A DNA stretch of 64,000 bases from Candidatus Cloacimonadales bacterium. GTDB taxonomy: Bacteria; Cloacimonadota; Cloacimonadia; Cloacimonadales; JAFGVF01. Location: the NCBI GenBank assembly GCA_963663475.2, contig CAXXJV010000001.1, forward strand, positions 2,144,001 to 2,208,000. The letters run 5' to 3'. Shown one piece after another: positions 58,505 to 64,000 of the stretch (the stretch's first letter is position 1; every line of letters starts with the position of its first letter). The translations under genes were made by a program, and so were the position numbers. Below the pieces are notes generated by a model. The model was not told the origin of the DNA, did not search any database, and saw nothing but the letters and a program-made list of their open reading frames with translations.

Positions 58505-60643
58505 ATGGATAAGGCTCAAGCTAAGCCAAAAGAAAAGTTATTAACTGAATTTATTCCACCAACTTATGAAGAGTGGAAGCAAGCAGTCGAAGCTATGTTA
58601 AAAGGTAAGCCTTTTGAGAAAGCGATGTTTACCAAGACATACGAAGATATAGTATTAAAACCAATCTATCGCCAAGAAGATGTTCAAAACTTACCTCATA
58701 TAGGTGATTTACCTGGTCAGAGTGGTTCAGTTAGATCTGCAAAAGTTGCGGGTTATTTAAAAGATGCATGGTCTGTTGCTCAAGAGCAAACAGATTATTT
58801 ACCAGAAGAAGTAAATGCTACATTAATGCAGGAATTAAACAGGGGATTAACTAAAGTTAATTTAAGAGTTGATTACCCATCTGCTCATGGTAAGAATCCT
58901 CAGAAGTTAAGTGGTTGTCATAGGTATCAAGGTACTTCAATAAGCAGACTAGAAGATTTAAGAGTGATTCTTAAAGATGTATCAATTGAACATATTGAAA
59001 TTGATATTAATGCAGGGATTATGGCCCCAGCTTATCTTTCAATGTTGAAAGCTATTGCTGAAGAAAGAGAACTTGCTACTAATTTACTTTCTGGTTGCAT
59101 AGGGTTAGACCCAATTTCAGTATTAGTAACTGATGGACAGTTAGATACTGATTTAGAGCAAACTTTTAACTATATGGCCTGTATGACAGACTGGGCAGTG
59201 AAACATGCTCCTAAGATGAAGACTATTCTTATTAATACTAGTCCTTATGCAGACAATGGTGCAACAATTACTCAAGAGTTAGCTATTGCTTTTAATACAG
59301 CTACTTATTATGTTAATGAGATGCAGGAAAGAGGATTATCTCTTGAAGATATCTTTAGTCATATGCAATTCAATTTAACTATAGGTTCAAATTTCTTTAT
59401 GGAAATAGCTAAACTTAGAGCTTTCCGAATTATGTGGCATAATTTTATTACATCATATGATAAAAACTGTCAAGTTCAGGCCTATGTACATGCTAAAACA
59501 TCTGCTTGGAATAAAACAAAATACGATGCTTTTGTTAATATACTTAGAACTGCAACAGAAACATTCTCGGCAGTCTTAGGAGGTATAGATTCACTCCAAG
59601 TTAGTCACCTTGATGAATTAATGGCAAGACCTTCTCAGTTTACTCGTAGAGTAGCTAGGAATCAACAGATTATTATAAATGAAGAAACTAATATGTATCG
59701 TCTAATTGATCCTGCTGGTGGTTCTTGGTATGTTGAGAGTATGACTGGTGAAATTGCTGAGAAGGCTTGGGAACAATTCCAGACCTATGAAGCTGAAGGC
59801 GGAATTTTATTAGCATTGCAAAATGACCTTATTCAAGATGATGTTACTGATATTGCTGAATTAAAGATGAAGAATGTTGGTTCTAGAAAGGATGTTTTTG
59901 TTGGAACAAATATGTTTGCTAACTTAGAAGAAAAGCCAATAGTCTTTGATGAAGCTGAACTTGATAAGAAGATTGAAGCAAGAATTCAAGAAATCTATCA
60001 GTTCGTTAATAAAGAAGATGTAGAAGTAGGTCATGACTGTAAATGCAATTGTAGTAATAAATGTGACTGTTCAACAGGACATGACAAACATATTTTAGAT
60101 GAAATTAGCGACTTCTTTGTTAAGAATGGCACAATTGCGGAAATTTATGCTAATATGTGGACTAAGAGCCAACCACTTAAGGTTACTCCACTTGTCCAAC
60201 AAAGAGCTACTTCCAAGATTGAAGATTTAAGATCAAAGATTGAAAGTGCTGAAGTTAGACCTACAGTATTTTTAGCTAACTATGGCCCTATTGCTCAATT
60301 TAAAGCAAGAGCTGACTTTGCAAAAGGTTTCTTTGAAGTAGGAGCTTATAATGTACTTAATAATCTTGGTTTCACTGATATTGACCAAATGCTAAAGGCT
60401 AGTCTTGATTCACAAGCAAAAATAGTATGCATTTGTTCTACTGATGATGCTTATCAAGAATTTGTAACAGAATTTGTTTCAAAACTAAAAGCTCAGAGCA
60501 AGGATATAACTGTAATCTTAGCAGGTTATCCTAAAGATCAAATTGCAAGTTATCAAGAAGCAGGTGTGGATGAGTTTATTCATGTCAAAGCTAATTGCTA
60601 CGCTATATTGAATAGTCTCTGGACTAAAGTGGGGGTAGAATAA
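58505..60643 (+). CDS. mutA: Methylmalonyl-CoA mutase small (beta) subunit
   Basis: [41 protein letters not shown]; lacks the DxHxxG B12 motif; directly precedes the large subunit. Confidence 0.9.
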   Translation: MDKAQAKPKEKLLTEFIPPTYEEWKQAVEAMLKGKPFEKAMFTKTYEDIVLKPIYRQEDVQNLPHIGDLPGQSGSVRSAKVAGYLKDAWSVAQEQTDYLPEEVNATLMQELNRGLTKVNLRVDYPSAHGKNPQKLSGCHRYQGTSISRLEDLRVILKDVSIEHIEIDINAGIMAPAYLSMLKAIAEERELATNLLSGCIGLDPISVLVTDGQLDTDLEQTFNYMACMTDWAVKHAPKMKTILINTSPYADNGATITQELAIAFNTATYYVNEMQERGLSLEDIFSHMQFNLTIGSNFFMEIAKLRAFRIMWHNFITSYDKNCQVQAYVHAKTSAWNKTKYDAFVNILRTATETFSAVLGGIDSLQVSHLDELMARPSQFTRRVARNQQIIINEETNMYRLIDPAGGSWYVESMTGEIAEKAWEQFQTYEAEGGILLALQNDLIQDDVTDIAELKMKNVGSRKDVFVGTNMFANLEEKPIVFDEAELDKKIEARIQEIYQFVNKEDVEVGHDCKCNCSNKCDCSTGHDKHILDEISDFFVKNGTIAEIYANMWTKSQPLKVTPLVQQRATSKIEDLRSKIESAEVRPTVFLANYGPIAQFKARADFAKGFFEVGAYNVLNNLGFTDIDQMLKASLDSQAKIVCICSTDDAYQEFVTEFVSKLKAQSKDITVILAGYPKDQIASYQEAGVDEFIHVKANCYAILNSLWTKVGVE

Positions 60644-62823
60644 TGACTATTAAACCAGATTTCAAAAATATAAAATTACAAGCTGATAAGAAAGAAAATG
60701 ATCTTTCTAAATGGCAAAAGAAAGTAGAAGAAGAAACAGGTAAATCCTTTGCTAAACTTTACTGGGATACAAATGAAAAAATTCCTGTAAAACCTCTCTA
60801 TACTCAAGATGATTTATTAGATATGGAACATCTTGGCTATATGGCTGGTATTGCACCTAACCTAAGAGGTCCTTATGCATCTATGTATGTAAGCAGACCT
60901 TGGACAATTAGACAATACGCTGGTTTCTCTACTGCTGAAGAATCAAATGCCTTTTACCGTAGAAACTTAGCGATGGGTCAGAAAGGCTTATCTATTGCCT
61001 TCGATTTAGCAACTCATAGAGGTTATGATTCTGACCATGAAAGAGTTGTTGGTGATGTAGGTAAAGCTGGAGTTGCTGTTGATTCAATTCTAGATATGAA
61101 GATTCTTTTTGATGAGATTCCTCTTGATAAAATGTCTGTTTCCATGACAATGAATGGAGCTGTATTGCCAATTATGGCCTTCTATATTGTTGCTGCTGAA
61201 GAACAAGGTGTAAAATGGGAACAGCTAACAGGAACTATTCAGAATGATATCTTAAAAGAATATATGGTAAGAAATACCTATATATATAAACCAGAAGGCT
61301 CAATGAGAATTATAGCTGATATATTTGAATTTACTTCAAAATACATGCCAAAATTTAATAGTATCTCAATTTCTGGTTATCATATGCAGGAAGCTGGTGC
61401 AACTGCTGACCTGGAAATGGCTTATACGATAGCTGATGGACTTCAATATATCAGAACTGGTATTGATGCTGGTATTGATATTGATAAATTTGCTCCTCGT
61501 TTATCTTTCTTCTGGGCTGAAGGTATGAACTATTTTATGGAAGTTGCTAAACTAAGAGCTGCTCGTCTATTATGGGCTAAAATAGTTAAACAATTTAATC
61601 CTAAGAATCCTAAATCTCTAGCTTTGAGAACTCATTCACAGACCTCTGGCTGGTCTTTAACTGAGCAAGATCCTTATAATAATGTAACAAGAACTTGTAT
61701 TGAAGCCTTGGCTGCAACAATGGGTCATACTCAATCACTTCATACTAACGCTCTTGACGAAGCTATTGCCCTACCAACAGATTTCTCTGCTAGAATCGCT
61801 CGTAACACTCAGTTATTCTTACAAAATGAAGCTGGTATTTGTAATGTTATTGACCCATGGGGTGGTTCTTACTATGTTGAATCCCTTACTCATGCCCTTC
61901 TTCATTTAGGATGGAATCATATCCAAGAAGTTGAAGAACTTGGTGGAATGGCTAAAGCTATCGAAACTGGTTTACCTAAATTAAGAATTGAAGAAGCTGC
62001 TGCTAGAAGACAAGCTAAGATTGACTCTGGTATAGAAACTATTGTTGGAACTAATAAATATCGTTTAGATAAGGAAGAAGCTATTGAAATTCTTGAAGTT
62101 GATAACACTTCTGTTAGAGCTTCTCAGCTAAAAAGACTAGCAAAACTAAAAGCTGAACGTGATAATGATAAAGTTAAACAAACTCTCGCTGCTATCACTA
62201 AATCAGCTGAAACAGGTGAGGGTAACTTGCTTGAGTTAGCTATTGAAGCTGCTAGAGCAAGAGCTACTCTAGGAGAAATATCAGACGCTATGGAAAAAGT
62301 ATTTGAAAGACATCAAGCAAATAATAAACTTATTTCAAATGTTTATAGTTCAGAATATGCTAAGACAGATGATGTGGATGAAGTAAGAAAAATGACTGAT
62401 GAATTCGAAGAAAATGAAGGACGTCGTCCACGTATCATGATAGCTAAGATGGGACAAGATGGTCACGATAGAGGAGCAAAAGTTGTTGCTACTGCTTATG
62501 CCGATATGGGATTTGATGTAGATGTTGGACCTCTTTTCCAAACACCTGCTGAAACTGCTAAGCAAGCTGTTGAAAATGATGTTCATGTTATTGGTATGAG
62601 TTCATTAGCAGCTGGTCATAAAGTCTTACTACCAACTCTTTTCGAAGAGCTAAAGAAACTTGGCAGAGAAGATATTATGGTCATTGTTGGTGGTGTTATT
62701 CCATCTCAAGATTATGATTACTTATATGAACAAGGTGCTGCTGCAATATTTGGTCCTGGAACTGTCCTACCATACGCAGCAAAAACAATTATGACAAAAT
62801 TAAATGAAAGATTAGGCTACTAA
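60643..62823 (+). CDS. mutB: Methylmalonyl-CoA mutase large (alpha) subunit
   Basis: [32 protein letters not shown]12-binding [15 protein letters not shown]. Confidence 0.97.
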   Translation: MTIKPDFKNIKLQADKKENDLSKWQKKVEEETGKSFAKLYWDTNEKIPVKPLYTQDDLLDMEHLGYMAGIAPNLRGPYASMYVSRPWTIRQYAGFSTAEESNAFYRRNLAMGQKGLSIAFDLATHRGYDSDHERVVGDVGKAGVAVDSILDMKILFDEIPLDKMSVSMTMNGAVLPIMAFYIVAAEEQGVKWEQLTGTIQNDILKEYMVRNTYIYKPEGSMRIIADIFEFTSKYMPKFNSISISGYHMQEAGATADLEMAYTIADGLQYIRTGIDAGIDIDKFAPRLSFFWAEGMNYFMEVAKLRAARLLWAKIVKQFNPKNPKSLALRTHSQTSGWSLTEQDPYNNVTRTCIEALAATMGHTQSLHTNALDEAIALPTDFSARIARNTQLFLQNEAGICNVIDPWGGSYYVESLTHALLHLGWNHIQEVEELGGMAKAIETGLPKLRIEEAAARRQAKIDSGIETIVGTNKYRLDKEEAIEILEVDNTSVRASQLKRLAKLKAERDNDKVKQTLAAITKSAETGEGNLLELAIEAARARATLGEISDAMEKVFERHQANNKLISNVYSSEYAKTDDVDEVRKMTDEFEENEGRRPRIMIAKMGQDGHDRGAKVVATAYADMGFDVDVGPLFQTPAETAKQAVENDVHVIGMSSLAAGHKVLLPTLFEELKKLGREDIMVIVGGVIPSQDYDYLYEQGAAAIFGPGTVLPYAAKTIMTKLNERLGY

Positions 62824-62832
62824 TCATAATAT

Positions 62833-62872
62833 AATAAGAGAGAGTTAGCCTAGGCTAGCTCTCTTATTTTTT
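62833..62872 (+). terminator. Intrinsic terminator-like hairpin between mutB and meaB
   Basis: AATAAGAGAG..TAGCC-TA-GGCTA..CTCTCTTATT followed by TTTT. Confidence 0.7.
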
Positions 62873-62887
62873 AGTGAGGTAAATATT

Positions 62888-64000
62888 ATTAAAAAGAATA
62901 GACCTGAATGGGTTCCTGAAAATGCTGGGGAAGAGTATTCAACATCTGTAATGCCTGGGAAGTCTAGTAATCATGATGGTTTCCCCAATAGTCATTCTAG
63001 TGTTAGAAAAACCAGTCCGTTAGTTCAAAGAAAGCAATTATCTGTTGATGATTATGTTGAAGGGATTCTTAACCATGACAAAACAAGGCTTGCTAGGGCT
63101 ATCACTTTAATAGAAAGTAATTCAAAAAAACATCTTGCTCTGGCTCAGGAAGTTATCAAAGAAATATTACCCCATACTGGTAAGAGTATAAGAATTGGTA
63201 TTTCTGGTGTACCTGGAGCAGGTAAGTCTACTTTTATAGAAAAATTTGGATTATACTTACTTTCTCTAGACTATAAAGTTGCAGTATTAGCAATTGATCC
63301 ATCTTCTAGTGTAACTAAAGGAAGTATTTTAGGAGATAAAACCAGAATGGAATTGCTCTCAAGGGAGCAGAATTGTTTTATCAGACCTTCTCCTTCTGGT
63401 GGGTCACTAGGGGGCGTTACGAGGAAAACAAGAGAGAGTATCCTTCTTTGTGAGGCTTTTGGTTATGATGTTATTCTAGTAGAAACAGTTGGGGTTGGAC
63501 AAAATGAAGTAACAGTAAGAGATATGGTTGATTTCTTTTTACTTTTACAGATAGCTGGAGCAGGGGATGAATTGCAAGGTATCAAAAAAGGTGTTATCGA
63601 AATATCAGATGCTATTGTGGTGAATAAAGCTGATGGAGATAATATTTCCAAGGCTAAACTAGCTCAAGGTGAGTATCTTACTGCACTTCATTATATAGCA
63701 CCATCTACTCCTGGCTGGAAATCTCAAGCCTTTACTTGTTCAGCACTTACAGGACAAGGCTTGCCTGAAATCTGGAAGATTATAAGAAAGTTTAAGGAAG
63801 TTACAAGTAAAAATGGTTTCTTCGATAAACGCAGGAATAAGCAAATATTAAGCTGGGTTGATTCCATGATAAAAGAATATTTAATAAGTAACTTCTATCA
63901 TAATGGGGAAATAAAGTCTGCTATGCCTCAAGTAGAGTCAAACTTACTTTCAGGTGACATTACTCCAACAAACGCTGTTGAATATCTTCTAAATATATAT
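62888..64000 (+). CDS. meaB: Methylmalonyl-CoA mutase-associated GTPase MeaB (ArgK family), 3'-truncated; absent from the ORF track
   Basis: Translated by hand: ARAITLIES, RIGISGVPGAGKSTFIE, AIDPSS..GSILGDKTRM, ETVGVGQNE, GAGDELQGIKKG, VNKADG. Start is uncertain: ATT 62888 after GAGGT, or ATG 62951. Confidence 0.93.
   Translation, partial: MKKNRPEWVPENAGEEYSTSVMPGKSSNHDGFPNSHSSVRKTSPLVQRKQLSVDDYVEGILNHDKTRLARAITLIESNSKKHLALAQEVIKEILPHTGKSIRIGISGVPGAGKSTFIEKFGLYLLSLDYKVAVLAIDPSSSVTKGSILGDKTRMELLSREQNCFIRPSPSGGSLGGVTRKTRESILLCEAFGYDVILVETVGVGQNEVTVRDMVDFFLLLQIAGAGDELQGIKKGVIEISDAIVVNKADGDNISKAKLAQGEYLTALHYIAPSTPGWKSQAFTCSALTGQGLPEIWKIIRKFKEVTSKNGFFDKRRNKQILSWVDSMIKEYLISNFYHNGEIKSAMPQVESNLLSGDITPTNAVEYLLNIY

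Overview
AT-rich bacterial chromosomal window from a diderm anaerobe. Gene content (LptD, LolC/E, GmhB, long SecA, DUF3108, MutAB-MeaB, DRTGG/Fe-S cluster) suggests an FCB-group organism such as Candidatus Cloacimonadota; this is inference only. It is mostly housekeeping and envelope genes: alpha-2-macroglobulin plus pbpC, trpS, secG plus tRNA-Leu, purA, pepT, a thiamine salvage operon, secA, topA, queC, an M16 protease pair, lptD, lysS, rpsA, and methylmalonyl-CoA mutase with meaB. I saw no integrase, transposase, prophage or CRISPR array. Most notable signals: (1) the tRNA-Leu after secG has the rare A34 anticodon AAG; (2) a stand-alone DRTGG / kinase-like ATPase / hydrogenase-like Fe-S / DRTGG / PHP operon whose Fe-S protein has lost the diiron-site residues; (3) at least three families of intergenic palindromic or REP-like repeats, including a REPIN-like doublet with complementary loops and two copies of a long perfect palindrome; (4) an alpha-2-macroglobulin without the CxEQ thioester; (5) a thiamine salvage operon led by an uncharacterised methyltransferase, with no TPP riboswitch; (6) meaB apparently starting at ATT behind a terminator; (7) a Cys/His-rich insertion in the mutase small subunit. 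All calls come from reading motifs by eye; no database searches were run.
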